In this document: positions 7,760 through 16,186 of the stretch, in pieces
Position numbering within the stretch: the first letter of the stretch is position 1
How the letters are laid out: each line of letters opens with the position of its first letter
NCBI GenBank assembly: GCA_030539135.1
Contig: JAUNSQ010000002.1
Span: forward strand, 1-34,249
Direction: 5' to 3'
DNA from: Synergistaceae bacterium
Lineage (GTDB): Bacteria > Synergistota > Synergistia > Synergistales > Synergistaceae
DNA length: 34,249 nt
Translations under genes and position numbers: made by a program
Notes under the pieces: generated by a model
The model's input: the letters and a program-made list of their open reading frames with translations, nothing else
Database searches by the model: none
What the model was told of the DNA's origin: nothing

Positions 7760-8782
7760 TTATAGGTCGAGCTTCATATCTCCGTCTTTTATCAGCCCGG
7801 TCCGTCTCATTATATCGGCGATGACGAGCGTCGTTATCGCCGGAAGGATAAAATGCATCAGGGCAATTTGGAACAAGACGCTTGTCGAGGAGCCCATCGC
7901 GTCTATCGCCCCGAACTGTCCGACGAGGCCGCTTGTGCCCATGCCGGCTCCGGAAGGGATGTTGGTCATCTTGAATACGAGCGTCGATATCGGCCCAAGT
8001 ATCGCGCTTGCAAGCGTCGGTGGGACCCATATCATAGGATGGCGGACGATGTTCGGCATCTGGAGCATGGAGGTTCCTATGCCCTGAGATAGGAGCCCAG
8101 AGATCCCGTTCTCGCGAAAGCTCATGACCGCAAAGCCGATCATCTGCGTCGAGCAGCCTACCGTTGCGGCTCCTGCCGCGATGCCGGACAGGTTGAGCGC
8201 AACGGCTATTGCCGCGCTCGAAATCGGGAGAGTCAGTATCATGCCCATAACGGCGGAGACTATCGCCCCCATAGGCCCGGGCTGGAGCTCCGTGGCTCGC
8301 ATTATTATGAGGCCAAGCCCTGTCATCATAGCGCTCAGCGTCGGCCCTGCGAGCTTTGCTATCCCCATCCCTGCTATTATCGTCCCAGCGGGAGTGGCTA
8401 TTATGTCTATCTTTGTTTCCTTGGAGATGATCTTGCCAAATTCAGCTGCGAAGACCGCGCCGATGAAAGCGCCGACGGGGCCGCCCCAAGTGTTCCCCGC
8501 CAGCCCGACGGCTACGCAGGAGAATACGACCATCTGTGGGGCTCTAAGGGCCTGCGCTATTGCGACCGCGATGGCTGGGCCGACCATGGAGCTCGCGAGT
8601 CCGCCGAATTCGACTAAGATAGGGACGCCGGCCTTTGTCCCGATGGTTTTTAGGATAAGCCCCGTGATAAGTGACGCGAAAAGCCCGACGCCCATAGCGC
8701 CCAGCGCGTCGACAAAGTATCGTTTAAAAGAAAATTCCATGCCCTTGCGTTCAAGAAATGCGGAAACTGTATTATTTTGCAA
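7760..8782 (-). CDS. polytopic membrane protein, PTS EIIC-like (PTS_EIIC_2-type) transporter
   Basis: 340 aa, Gly/Ala-rich, about 10 TM helices. The N-terminal FKRYFVDALGAMGVGLFASLITGLILKTIG resembles stand-alone 'PTS subunit IIC' proteins. TTG start with AAGGGG upstream. No EIIA/EIIB genes are nearby. Confidence 0.55.
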   Translation of the reverse strand: MQNNTVSAFLERKGMEFSFKRYFVDALGAMGVGLFASLITGLILKTIGTKAGVPILVEFGGLASSMVGPAIAVAIAQALRAPQMVVFSCVAVGLAGNTWGGPVGAFIGAVFAAEFGKIISKETKIDIIATPAGTIIAGMGIAKLAGPTLSAMMTGLGLIIMRATELQPGPMGAIVSAVMGMILTLPISSAAIAVALNLSGIAAGAATVGCSTQMIGFAVMSFRENGISGLLSQGIGTSMLQMPNIVRHPMIWVPPTLASAILGPISTLVFKMTNIPSGAGMGTSGLVGQFGAIDAMGSSTSVLFQIALMHFILPAITTLVIADIMRRTGLIKDGDMKLDL

Positions 8783-8816
8783 TCTTATGACCCCTTATGG
8801 AGTAAATTTGCGTGCA

Positions 8817-8845
8817 ATTGTAGCCAGTTGGAGCGATGCTGTCAA
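8817..8845 (-). promoter_or_regulatory. sigma70-like promoter for the EIIC-like gene
   Basis: Minus strand reads TTGACA (8845-8840), a 17-nt spacer, then TACAAT (8822-8817). Confidence 0.5.
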
Positions 8846-8880
8846 AATAGTGAAATGTCTGTCAAAGAATTGCGGACATA

Positions 8881-8905
8881 AAAAATGGCGAAGCTGCGCC
8901 TCGCC
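8881..8905 (-). terminator. putative terminator after the SemiSWEET-like gene
   Basis: Minus strand reads GGCGAGGCGCAGCTTCGCC followed by ATTTTTTAT. Confidence 0.4.
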
Positions 8906-8924
8906 GTTAAGTCTGACCTATTCT

Positions 8925-9218
8925 CTAGCCGAGATGCGGCAGAGGACGGCCCTCCTCTATACGGTAGTTTCTGTAATAGAGAAAGATGTCGCAGATGACG
9001 AGTGTCATATCAAAGGTGTATGGGACAAGAAGGTACGGATGTCCGCTGCCGAGAAGGACCTTAATTATCCCGGAAAAATAGCCTATCACGATAATAATAA
9101 GGAAGAGGAGGCTCTTGCCCTTCCTTGTCCTGCCCGTCCACGATTTATAGAGAGCGGGCGGCCAGGCGGCCGCGAAGCATATCAGCATAAGCGTTTCAAA
9201 TAAATTGCTCAAAAGCAT
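8925..9218 (-). CDS. small 3-TM membrane protein, PQ-loop/SemiSWEET-like (tentative)
   Basis: 97 aa. AAWPPALYKSWTGRTRKGKSLLF resembles the PQ-loop motif (xxPQxxKxxRxKSxxGxS), with PP in place of PQ. AGGAG lies upstream of the ATG at 9218. The 173-aa track ORF is an over-extension. Confidence 0.6.
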   Translation of the reverse strand: MLLSNLFETLMLICFAAAWPPALYKSWTGRTRKGKSLLFLIIIVIGYFSGIIKVLLGSGHPYLLVPYTFDMTLVICDIFLYYRNYRIEEGRPLPHLG

Positions 9219-9292
9219 TTCTTGTTTGCTCCTTCTACAACAAATTTCTCGGTGATGATAACACGATTTATCTTTTCTTGTACAGGATGGCA

Positions 9293-9320
9293 TCGACTGG
9301 AAAAAATTTTTGCGAGTCGA
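9293..9320. promoter_or_regulatory. imperfect 28-bp palindrome, candidate operator in the divergent Rrf2 / SemiSWEET-like intergenic region
   Basis: TCGACTGGAAAAAATTTTTGCGAGTCGA has outer arms TCGACT/AGTCGA around an A6T5 centre. Confidence 0.25.
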
Positions 9321-9333
9321 GTAATATTTGTGC

Positions 9334-9362
9334 TTGACGAAGTGTAAGAAGTGGAATAACAT
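9334..9362 (+). promoter_or_regulatory. candidate promoter of the Rrf2 regulator gene
   Basis: TTGACG (9334-39), a 17-nt spacer, then TAACAT (9357-62). Confidence 0.35.
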
Positions 9363-9411
9363 ATCCATTATTCTTTTATCAATAGGCAATTTGCGCAAAA
9401 GGAGGCGTGAG

Positions 9412-9909
9412 ATGAATCCGATAGTCGATCTTCCGGAACCGCTCATATTGGGGCTGCACGCTCTAGGCTATATAGCGCGTGAACCGGGAAAATGCTTTAC
9501 CACTCAGCAGGTGGCGGCGGGGCTCGAAACGCCGGAACCTCACCTTTCCAAAGTGCTTCAACGTCTTAACAAGAGCGAACTTATCAAATCTGTGCGCGGC
9601 CCCGGCGGCGGGTACAAGCTCAACTGCGTCCCTAAAGAGACTCCGCTCCGCGTAGTCTTCGAAGTACTCGGCGGCGCGTTCACGCCTCGCGGATGCGGAA
9701 TGGACGGCTGCAAGGGCAAACCGTGTTTCATTGGCGATATGCTTGATGAGTTGACTATGGCGTTTATACGCTACCTCGAGTCGCGTACCCTTGAGGATTT
9801 TATTAAGTATTACGACGAAAAAATTCAGGTTGAGATAGAGATATCCGTCATCACGCCTAGCTTGGGGCAGACGCATCCGAATTTCGCGCACCTGAAGAAG
9901 AAATCCTAA
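9412..9909 (+). CDS. Rrf2-family transcriptional regulator with a three-Cys putative Fe-S site
   Basis: The wHTH region is LGLHALGYIAREPGKCFTTQQVAAGLETPEPHLSKVLQRLNKSELIKSVRGPGGGYKL. The Cys cluster is CGMDGCKGKPC. AAAGGAGG precedes the ATG at 9412. Confidence 0.85.
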   Translation: MNPIVDLPEPLILGLHALGYIAREPGKCFTTQQVAAGLETPEPHLSKVLQRLNKSELIKSVRGPGGGYKLNCVPKETPLRVVFEVLGGAFTPRGCGMDGCKGKPCFIGDMLDELTMAFIRYLESRTLEDFIKYYDEKIQVEIEISVITPSLGQTHPNFAHLKKKS

Positions 9910-9983
9910 GAAAAGCAAAGAACCAAATGGCATTTATAAATTTATAAATTAAAACAAACTAATTAAAGAGAGGGTCTTTCCGT

Positions 9984-11249
9984 ATGAAATTGAAGAGGTT
10001 TTTCACAGCAGCACTTGTTATCGCCGCGCTTATGATACCAGTCGCGGCAAACGCCGAGGGCTTCGGCGTCTATGAATGGAGCGCCAGCGGATCCGGTATG
10101 GGCGAGGCGTATATGTTCGGCGAAGAGGACCCTGCCGTCCTCGCTTACAACCCGGCGGCCATCACGAAGCTCAACGGGCGTTATTTCAGCGCCGGCGTCA
10201 GCTTCTTTGACCCGCATGACAGCAACAGGTTCAACTTTGCGGACGGGACTTCCACATCGTACAACAACAACTACAGCACCGCGACGGCTCCATATCTTTA
10301 CTATGTGGACAAGGCGGGAGAAAACGCATGGTGGGGCGTGGCCCTGTTCGCGCGCTATGGCAACAACCTTGAATACGACACAAAATGGCCGGGACGTTAC
10401 GATACTATCTTCTCAGGGATCAAAGGCTTTACGGTACAGCCGACATACGCTTGGAAGTTTGGCAAAGGCTGGTCGGCCGCGGTCGGGCTCGATATCAACA
10501 TGGTCAACTTGGAAATGCAGAAGGCAAATTATACAGGGACTCCTTATGATATATATTCCAAAATCGACGGAACGAGCTATGCCATAGGCGGCGTCGTAGC
10601 CATCAATTATGACTTCAACCCCAACACGTCCGCGGGCTTGGTCTATCGCACAAGGATAAAGCACAACATGGATGCGGACGCTGATTTTTCAAGCCGTATA
10701 CCGTCCGGCAATTTCTCGACGCAGGCACATGGCAGCGTAACGCTCCCAGATTCGCTCACGTTCGGCGTCAGCCATAAGTTCAACGAGGGCAGAACTCGCG
10801 TTGAAGCCGACGTCGTATGGACAAATTGGACGACGTATGACGCTTTGAACCTTCACTTCGACCACGCTGTCGGCGTCAATCCAATGACGGGACAGCCAAT
10901 CTACGATGTCAACTCGATCAAGGACTGGAAAGCGGCATGGCGCATCAACCTCGGTGTCGAGCACAAGCTCAGTAAGAGGTGGAGCATACTTCTCGGATAT
11001 GTTTGGGATCAGAGCCCTGTTCCCGACAACAGGATGGACTTCACTGTTCCGACAGGCGACAGACATCGTGGAAGTATAGGCTTCAAATACCGTCCGAATG
11101 AAAACTCCGAATGGTCTATCGCTTATACCGCGATCGTACCCGCCGAGAGGACCGTGTACCCGACGGCAGGCGCAAACTTCCAGAGCGCTACCACATACGA
11201 CGGCTTGACGCAGGTCGTAGCGATCGGCTACACGATGAAACTTAAATAG
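9984..11249 (+). CDS. outer-membrane FadL/TodX (OMPP1) family hydrophobic-compound transport protein
   Basis: Signal peptide is MKLKRFFTAALVIAALMIPVAANA|EGF. It contains GxGMGxA...NPA motifs, alternating beta-strand patterns and an aromatic C-terminus (YTMKLK). Confidence 0.8.
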   Translation: MKLKRFFTAALVIAALMIPVAANAEGFGVYEWSASGSGMGEAYMFGEEDPAVLAYNPAAITKLNGRYFSAGVSFFDPHDSNRFNFADGTSTSYNNNYSTATAPYLYYVDKAGENAWWGVALFARYGNNLEYDTKWPGRYDTIFSGIKGFTVQPTYAWKFGKGWSAAVGLDINMVNLEMQKANYTGTPYDIYSKIDGTSYAIGGVVAINYDFNPNTSAGLVYRTRIKHNMDADADFSSRIPSGNFSTQAHGSVTLPDSLTFGVSHKFNEGRTRVEADVVWTNWTTYDALNLHFDHAVGVNPMTGQPIYDVNSIKDWKAAWRINLGVEHKLSKRWSILLGYVWDQSPVPDNRMDFTVPTGDRHRGSIGFKYRPNENSEWSIAYTAIVPAERTVYPTAGANFQSATTYDGLTQVVAIGYTMKLK

Positions 11250-11276
11250 CATTTGAGTTTTTTAATTCACTGGTAT

Positions 11277-11326
11277 AACAACAAACAGGGAAGATCTCCA
11301 TAAGAGGAATCTTCCCTGTTGTGTTT
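11277..11326 (+). terminator. long hairpin / probable terminator after the FadL-like gene
   Basis: AACAACAAACAGGGAAGAT pairs with ATCTTCCCTGTTGTGTT, giving a stem of about 18 bp. The U-tract is weak. Confidence 0.45.
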
Positions 11327-11335
11327 GGCTTCAAA

Positions 11336-11377
11336 GGCTCCCTCTTGAGGGGGCTCCGCCGAAGGCGGTGGAGGAGT
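11336..11377 (+). repeat. left copy of the structured element of about 42 nt flanking the DUF559 gene
   Basis: GGCTCCCTCTTGAGGGGGCTCCGCCGAAGGCGGTGGAGGAGT. The first 16 nt are identical to the reverse complement of 11800-11815. The internal hairpin is CCGCC-GAA-GGCGG. Confidence 0.7.
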
Positions 11378-11755
11378 TTATTTCTTTGCGCTTTGCGCAG
11401 CTGTCCTCTTTATAACTTCCTTGTTTATCTCATCGCACACAGCAAAGAAATTTTTGTTGATTTCGATGTTTGAAAAACGAATGACCTTTAAACCAACCTT
11501 CTCTAAAAATTCAGTCCTTGTTATATCATACTCAAACGACTCTTCCACATAATGCTGTCCGCCGTCAATTTCTATAACTAGTTTTGCGGTGCAGCAGTAG
11601 AAGTCTGCGATGTATCTGTCTATGGTTTTTTGCCTTTGAAATCTCACGTTATACGTTGATAAGAAGTCATACCACAAATGACGTTCTTCTTTCGTCATTT
11701 CTTTACGCAGCTTTTTTGCGAATGGGATTATTTGTTTATCATAACGTAAAGGCAA
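11378..11755 (-). CDS. DUF559 (Vsr/restriction-endonuclease-like fold) domain protein
   Basis: Contains ARKLRKxMTxxExxLW-type N-terminus (AKKLRKEMTKEERHLWYDFL), FRRQ-type motif (FQRQKTI), ADFYC..KLVIEIDGGQH and VIRFSNIEI. TTG start with GAGGGAG upstream. Confidence 0.8.
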   Translation of the reverse strand: MPLRYDKQIIPFAKKLRKEMTKEERHLWYDFLSTYNVRFQRQKTIDRYIADFYCCTAKLVIEIDGGQHYVEESFEYDITRTEFLEKVGLKVIRFSNIEINKNFFAVCDEINKEVIKRTAAQSAKK

Positions 11756-11762
11756 AAGAAAA

Positions 11763-11815
11763 CACTCCCTCAGTCGCTTCGCGCCAGCTCCCTCAAGAGG
11801 GAGCCTATAGCGCGG
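11763..11815 (-). repeat. right (inverted) copy of the structured flanking element
   Basis: Minus strand reads GGCTCCCTCTTGAGGGAGCTGGCGCGAAGCGACTGAGGGAGTG. The plan matches the left copy: a GCTCCCTC..GAGGGAGC hairpin, then a small GAA-loop hairpin (CGC-GAA-GCG), then GAGGGAG. Confidence 0.7.
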
Positions 11816-11818
11816 CGC

Positions 11819-12394
11819 TTATTCGCCTTGATTTTTCAATAACAGAGCACAGATGAGAGTAAGATACTCCGGTATCTTATTGTCCTTCATCCAGAGGATA
11901 TCGAGGCCGAGTATTTCTTTGGCGATTTTCGTAACGTCTCCTCCGACGGATTCCAGTGAGTAGCGCATCTTCTCAGGATGGCGGCAGGGGAGCCCGTCGA
12001 CCCGCGCGCATACGGGGCATATCTCGCACTGTCCGGCGAAGAGATATGTGCTGCCGGGGTTGGCTCGTTCTTCTTTAAGCAATGTCTTTGTCAGCTTTGC
12101 CTTCTCTATGTCCACAATAGCGGTCACTTCCGGCGGGACTTGAAAATCTTTGCATTTAAGCCCGCGAGTCGTCCTGCGGTCGATCTTTATCTTGACCCCT
12201 ATGAGGCGGATGTCGTCGTACGATTTAAGGAATCCAAGCACGTCGAAATCGTGCGGCGTACACGACCAGTTTTTCCCATAGTAGCAGCATGCCGTGCAGA
12301 ACCCCTGAAAGTATTCGACGTTGACATAATCCTTGATGAACTCCTGCATTGAACAGCGCCCCGTTATCACGGAGGCGGTATATTTTATGTTCAT
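11819..12394 (-). CDS. DUF2284-type predicted metal-binding protein
   Basis: Contains CTACCYYGKNWSCTPH and CEICPVCAR...PCRHP Cys motifs, as expected for DUF2284. Confidence 0.65.
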   Translation of the reverse strand: MNIKYTASVITGRCSMQEFIKDYVNVEYFQGFCTACCYYGKNWSCTPHDFDVLGFLKSYDDIRLIGVKIKIDRRTTRGLKCKDFQVPPEVTAIVDIEKAKLTKTLLKEERANPGSTYLFAGQCEICPVCARVDGLPCRHPEKMRYSLESVGGDVTKIAKEILGLDILWMKDNKIPEYLTLICALLLKNQGE

Positions 12395-12618
12395 TTACGA
12401 TCTCCAATTCCTATTGACGTATGGCGTAATTGTATCAGTAATTAGTAAATATAGATAATGCTCGCGCAAAATGGGCCGTGCAAAAGTAATTTTCACCGCA
12501 ATGTGAATATCGTTTGTTTTTCAGGGCAAATAGGTATTGTTTTTTTTTATCATTGATACTAATGTATGACCATGAGCACATATTGAGAATGCAGAGGCAT
12601 TAAGGAGGATATTTTTTT

Positions 12619-14280
12619 ATGGCTACACAGGGATATTTTACTGATCTTGAGAGCTTCAAAAAACTTAACCCGAACCAGTTAAGAACGACTATCGAATCGG
12701 CTTTTTACGGCAATAACGTTCAGCCGGTGAAGGACCTGCGCGAGGTATATAACCTTGCGAAGAACAGCCCCGGCACGATAGAACTTACAAGTATGCCGGT
12801 GTTCAGGCCGCTCGACCAGGGTCTTCCCAAGGGCGCCAACGTCCTGTTGTTCAACGATGGCACAGTCTTTGGACGCTGCGCCGCGGCGCGCCGTATCGTG
12901 GGATATCCAGACGTTTCTATCCCGGACTACGCGACTATCCTGCGCGAGGCGGTATATAAGGCCAGATATCGCAAGTTCTATTCCGCGGAAGCGGTCATTG
13001 GGCTTGACGAAGATTTCATGGTAAAGGCCAATATAATGATGCCGGAAGGCTTCGAGAACAATCTTTACAGCTGGATGGTGAACTTCCAGCACATGAACCG
13101 CGAATATCACGCGCGTTACCTAAAATCGCGCGAGCTGAAGAACGACGGAGATATCTTCGTCTTCGCCGACCCCGACTGGAGCGACCCGAACTTCCCGCTC
13201 GGCCTTGCGTTCTTCGCGCCTGAGCAGAACTGCGCCGCCATACTCGGCATGAGATACTTCGGAGAATTCAAGAAGGGTACGCTGACTCTGGCTTGGGGCA
13301 TCGCGGCAAGGAACGGTTACGCTTCATGCCACGGCGGACTCAAACGCTACACGCTCAAGGATGGCAGCAATAAGAAATACGTCCTCGCCGCTTTTGGGCT
13401 CTCCGGCTCCGGCAAGTCGACCATCACGCACGCCAAACACGGCGGCAAATACGACGTTCTCGTCCTGCACGACGACGCGCTTGTCATCAATGTCAAAGAA
13501 AAATACGCTATCGCGCTCGAACCGGCGTACTTCGACAAGATGCAGGATTATCCGATTGGATGCGAGGACAACAAATACCTGCTCACATTGCAGAACTGCG
13601 GAGCCACGTGCTACGCGGACGGCACAACGACCGTCGTCAGCGAAGATATTCGCAACGGCAACGGGCGCGCCGTCAAATCGCGCTACTGGTCGCCTAACAG
13701 GGTCGACCGTATCGACGAGCCTCTCAACGCTATCTGCTGGCTCATGAAGGATCCGACACTGCCGCCAGTCGTGAAGCTCACTGGCCCGTCGCTCGCTTCC
13801 GTCATGGGCGCTACGCTCGCCACGCGCCGCACGTCGGCGGAACGCCTCGCTCCCGGAGTAGACCCGGACGCGCTGGTCATAGAGAGCTACGCGAACCCGT
13901 TCAGGACATATCCGCTTGCGGTCGATTATGAGCGTTTCCGCGCACTGTTTGAAGACGGCGTGGAGTGCTACATACTCAACACCGGCTCGTTCATGGACAA
14001 GAAGGTCCCAAAGGAGACGACCCTTTCGATACTCGAATCCATCGTCGAAGGTAAGGCCGACTTCAAACCTATCGGCGGCATCCCCGGAATCGAAGCTATG
14101 GACCTCCCGGGATTTGAGGTCAACTTCTCGGATAAGGCGTACAAAGATCAGTTCGTGAACCGTATCAACGACAGGCTCAAGTTCGTAGAGTCGCGCAAGA
14201 CAGAGAGAAGCGGCATCGACGCTCTGCCGGCCGACGCTTCGGAAGCCCTGCAGAAGGTGCTGGATTTCATAAAGAAGTAA
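12619..14280 (+). CDS. pckA: phosphoenolpyruvate carboxykinase (ATP)-like, divergent
   Basis: The P-loop FGLSGSGKSTI matches PckA GLSGTGKTT. Also MRYFGEFKKG (vs GTWYGGEMKKG), ASCHGG (vs ASMHCS), LPPVVKLTG (vs LPPVSRLT) and YILNTG (vs YLVNTG). AAGGAGG precedes the ATG. Confidence 0.7.
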   Translation: MATQGYFTDLESFKKLNPNQLRTTIESAFYGNNVQPVKDLREVYNLAKNSPGTIELTSMPVFRPLDQGLPKGANVLLFNDGTVFGRCAAARRIVGYPDVSIPDYATILREAVYKARYRKFYSAEAVIGLDEDFMVKANIMMPEGFENNLYSWMVNFQHMNREYHARYLKSRELKNDGDIFVFADPDWSDPNFPLGLAFFAPEQNCAAILGMRYFGEFKKGTLTLAWGIAARNGYASCHGGLKRYTLKDGSNKKYVLAAFGLSGSGKSTITHAKHGGKYDVLVLHDDALVINVKEKYAIALEPAYFDKMQDYPIGCEDNKYLLTLQNCGATCYADGTTTVVSEDIRNGNGRAVKSRYWSPNRVDRIDEPLNAICWLMKDPTLPPVVKLTGPSLASVMGATLATRRTSAERLAPGVDPDALVIESYANPFRTYPLAVDYERFRALFEDGVECYILNTGSFMDKKVPKETTLSILESIVEGKADFKPIGGIPGIEAMDLPGFEVNFSDKAYKDQFVNRINDRLKFVESRKTERSGIDALPADASEALQKVLDFIKK

Positions 14281-14307
14281 GAAATAGAATTATCATTGTC
14301 AGCAAAA

Positions 14308-14337
14308 GGGCGGAAGGACATCATGGTCCTTTCGCCT
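14308..14337. terminator. bidirectional terminator between the convergent pckA-like and symporter genes
   Basis: GGGCGGAAGGAC-ATCATG-GTCCTTTCGCCT forms a 12-bp stem including G-U pairs. T-rich runs sit on both sides. Confidence 0.6.
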
Positions 14338-14381
14338 TTATCATGTTTTAACGTAATTAATATTAGCTGAGAGAATCGAGT

Positions 14382-15809
14382 TCACTTATCCTCCTTCGCT
14401 CTATTTGCGAATAGTATGAAGAGCAGCAGCGATAGAGCGCACCCCGGCAGTATCGGGTGCAGAGCGCCGACGACTCCGGGGGCGGCAATGCCCGTCATGC
14501 CCATTGACGTGGATTTGTAAGCGAACAGATACCAGAGTATCGAGCCGATAAATCCGCCGACCGATGAGAACATTGCCGCCCTTGCCCCAGCCTGCGGCCC
14601 CCTCGCTATGAGCATCAGGTACGGTACGATGATGGCGCAGGCTAGCAGAGTCCAACTGGTGGTGCAAATAAGGGCGATTATCGAGGAACTCTTGAGCGCG
14701 AACAGTCCGCTTGAAAACGTGCAGAGTACGACTACTATCCTCCAAGACCATCCCTCAAGGTTTTTGCCGAACACATCGCGCCCAAGGCTGCCGCTGGCTA
14801 TGTGCAGCAGAGCTGACGCGGTGGAGAGCGAAGCTGAGACGATAGCCAGCGCGAACAGCTGCTGCCCGAAGGCCGGGAGGAGCTGGCCGACCAGCATCGG
14901 CATCACAATATCAGGGTTCGTGATGTTCGGGCCGAGCAGCAGGCGCGAGAGCGCGCTTGCGAAGTACGCGCCGCCTACGACGACCGATAGCGCCAACATA
15001 GCCAGAGGGGCGGTCTTCCTTGTTTCGTTCAGGCTTTTGAGCGCAAAATGCCTTTGTATCAGTTGCGGCTGCGCCCAGATACCGACAGACGTTACGAGTG
15101 TCAGGAATATGATATTAAGTCCGGCCGGGCCGCCGCTCAGTGCCATAAAGCCGTTGTTGGCGGCCGGCGTCGGAGGCAGCGCGGCGAGCGCCTTCATCCC
15201 TGCGACAGGGCCGCCCACGGCCTTGAGCAGAGCTATAAGCAGAGCTCCGATCCCTATCGTCATGATAAGCCCCTGCGCAGCCTCGGTATAGAGCACTCCG
15301 CGCAATCCGCCCCATACGACGCTCATCCCTACGATGACCGCTAGAAGTATCAGCGCTGTGTTGACCGGTATCGCGATAACTCCCGCCAGCATGACCGCCG
15401 CCCCCTTAAATACTGCCGAGCCGTAGACGACCAGCAGAATAGTCGATATCGCTCCGAGGAAGACCTGCAGCGCGTGGGTCTCGTAGGCTTTTGAGAGCAG
15501 TTCCGCGGGAGTGCGCGAGTTCAGCTTCCTCTGCCAAAGGCGCGTCGGCCAAGCGAGGTAACGGTACACGAACCACGTGCCGAACCATACATTGCCCGCC
15601 GCTATCAGCAGCATCTGCATCCCGAAAAGGTAGCACAGCCCGCCGAAGCCGACCAGCGCGACCGCGGAGACGTATGTCGCAACGTAGGCGAGAGCCTGCA
15701 CCATGACGCTGACCTTTCCCGGCAGCAACGCGTCGCTGCCGCGCGAGAACTTGGCTATACCGATAAGAAGAAGAGCGTACGCGATCCAAAGAGGGATGAA
15801 GGTAAACAT
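14382..15809 (-). CDS. sodium:solute symporter family (SSF) transporter, substrate unknown
   Basis: 475 aa with about 13 TM helices. The N-terminal pattern (YVATYVSAVALVGFGG...G) is typical of SSF (PutP/PanF-like). Confidence 0.75.
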   Translation of the reverse strand: MFTFIPLWIAYALLLIGIAKFSRGSDALLPGKVSVMVQALAYVATYVSAVALVGFGGLCYLFGMQMLLIAAGNVWFGTWFVYRYLAWPTRLWQRKLNSRTPAELLSKAYETHALQVFLGAISTILLVVYGSAVFKGAAVMLAGVIAIPVNTALILLAVIVGMSVVWGGLRGVLYTEAAQGLIMTIGIGALLIALLKAVGGPVAGMKALAALPPTPAANNGFMALSGGPAGLNIIFLTLVTSVGIWAQPQLIQRHFALKSLNETRKTAPLAMLALSVVVGGAYFASALSRLLLGPNITNPDIVMPMLVGQLLPAFGQQLFALAIVSASLSTASALLHIASGSLGRDVFGKNLEGWSWRIVVVLCTFSSGLFALKSSSIIALICTTSWTLLACAIIVPYLMLIARGPQAGARAAMFSSVGGFIGSILWYLFAYKSTSMGMTGIAAPGVVGALHPILPGCALSLLLFILFANRAKEDK

Positions 15810-15810
15810 C

Positions 15811-15915
15811 TTATTTGACCGCGGCTCTCTTGATTATCATAAAGGCCGACCACGCCGCGCTCCAAAGAAGAGAAGCTCCCGAGAACACTACCCACATATC
15901 CGTTGATGAAAACAT
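15811..15915 (-). CDS. 34-aa single-TM peptide translationally coupled to the symporter (candidate small subunit)
   Basis: MFSSTDMWVVFSGASLLWSAAWSAFMIIKRAAVK. AAAGGGG lies upstream of the ATG at 15915. Its stop codon is 1 nt from the symporter ATG. Confidence 0.55.
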   Translation of the reverse strand: MFSSTDMWVVFSGASLLWSAAWSAFMIIKRAAVK

Positions 15916-15979
15916 TTGTAAAACCCCTTTCCGTATTTGAAAACCCTTGTTCGAATTTTTATAAAAACGCGCGCATAAC

Positions 15980-16013
15980 AAAAAGACCGCCATCCCTCAG
16001 GACGGCGGTCTTC
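15980..16013 (-). terminator. intrinsic terminator inside the 5' leader of the symporter operon (attenuator)
   Basis: Minus strand reads GAAGACCGCCGUCC-UGAG-GGAUGGCGGUCUUUUU, a 14-bp stem with a tetraloop and a U-run. It lies between the promoter/leader ORF and the first structural gene. Confidence 0.75.
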
Positions 16014-16039
16014 GAAATGTGCGGCTATTTTATACTAGC

Positions 16040-16147
16040 TTACCGGAATTCGCAGAAAACACCATTTGCCCCGAGGCGCTGTGAGCAGCGAGGATAAGAG
16101 TAAACATAATAATAATTGAACGCAAAGCTGTTATTCCGCATACACAT
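16040..16147 (-). CDS. Tyr-rich leader peptide (35 aa; 33 aa if it starts at the second ATG, 16141)
   Basis: MCMRNNSFAFNYYYVYSYPRCSQRLGANGVFCEFR. GAAGGAGG lies 3 nt upstream of the first ATG and 9 nt upstream of the second. Five Tyr codons fall within seven positions, with 2 Phe just upstream. Confidence 0.55.
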   Translation of the reverse strand: MCMRNNSFAFNYYYVYSYPRCSQRLGANGVFCEFR

Positions 16148-16186
16148 GTGCCTCCTTCAAAGGTGTTTTTCGTTTCATTGACGGGA

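Noticed and set aside
8124-9203. 359-aa ORF on the + strand
   Set aside because: It lies almost entirely antisense to the EIIC-like and SemiSWEET-like genes, which have clear membrane-protein signatures. Its composition is Pro/Ala/Ser-rich and low in complexity, typical of the antisense frame of a GC-rich membrane gene. It has no SD.
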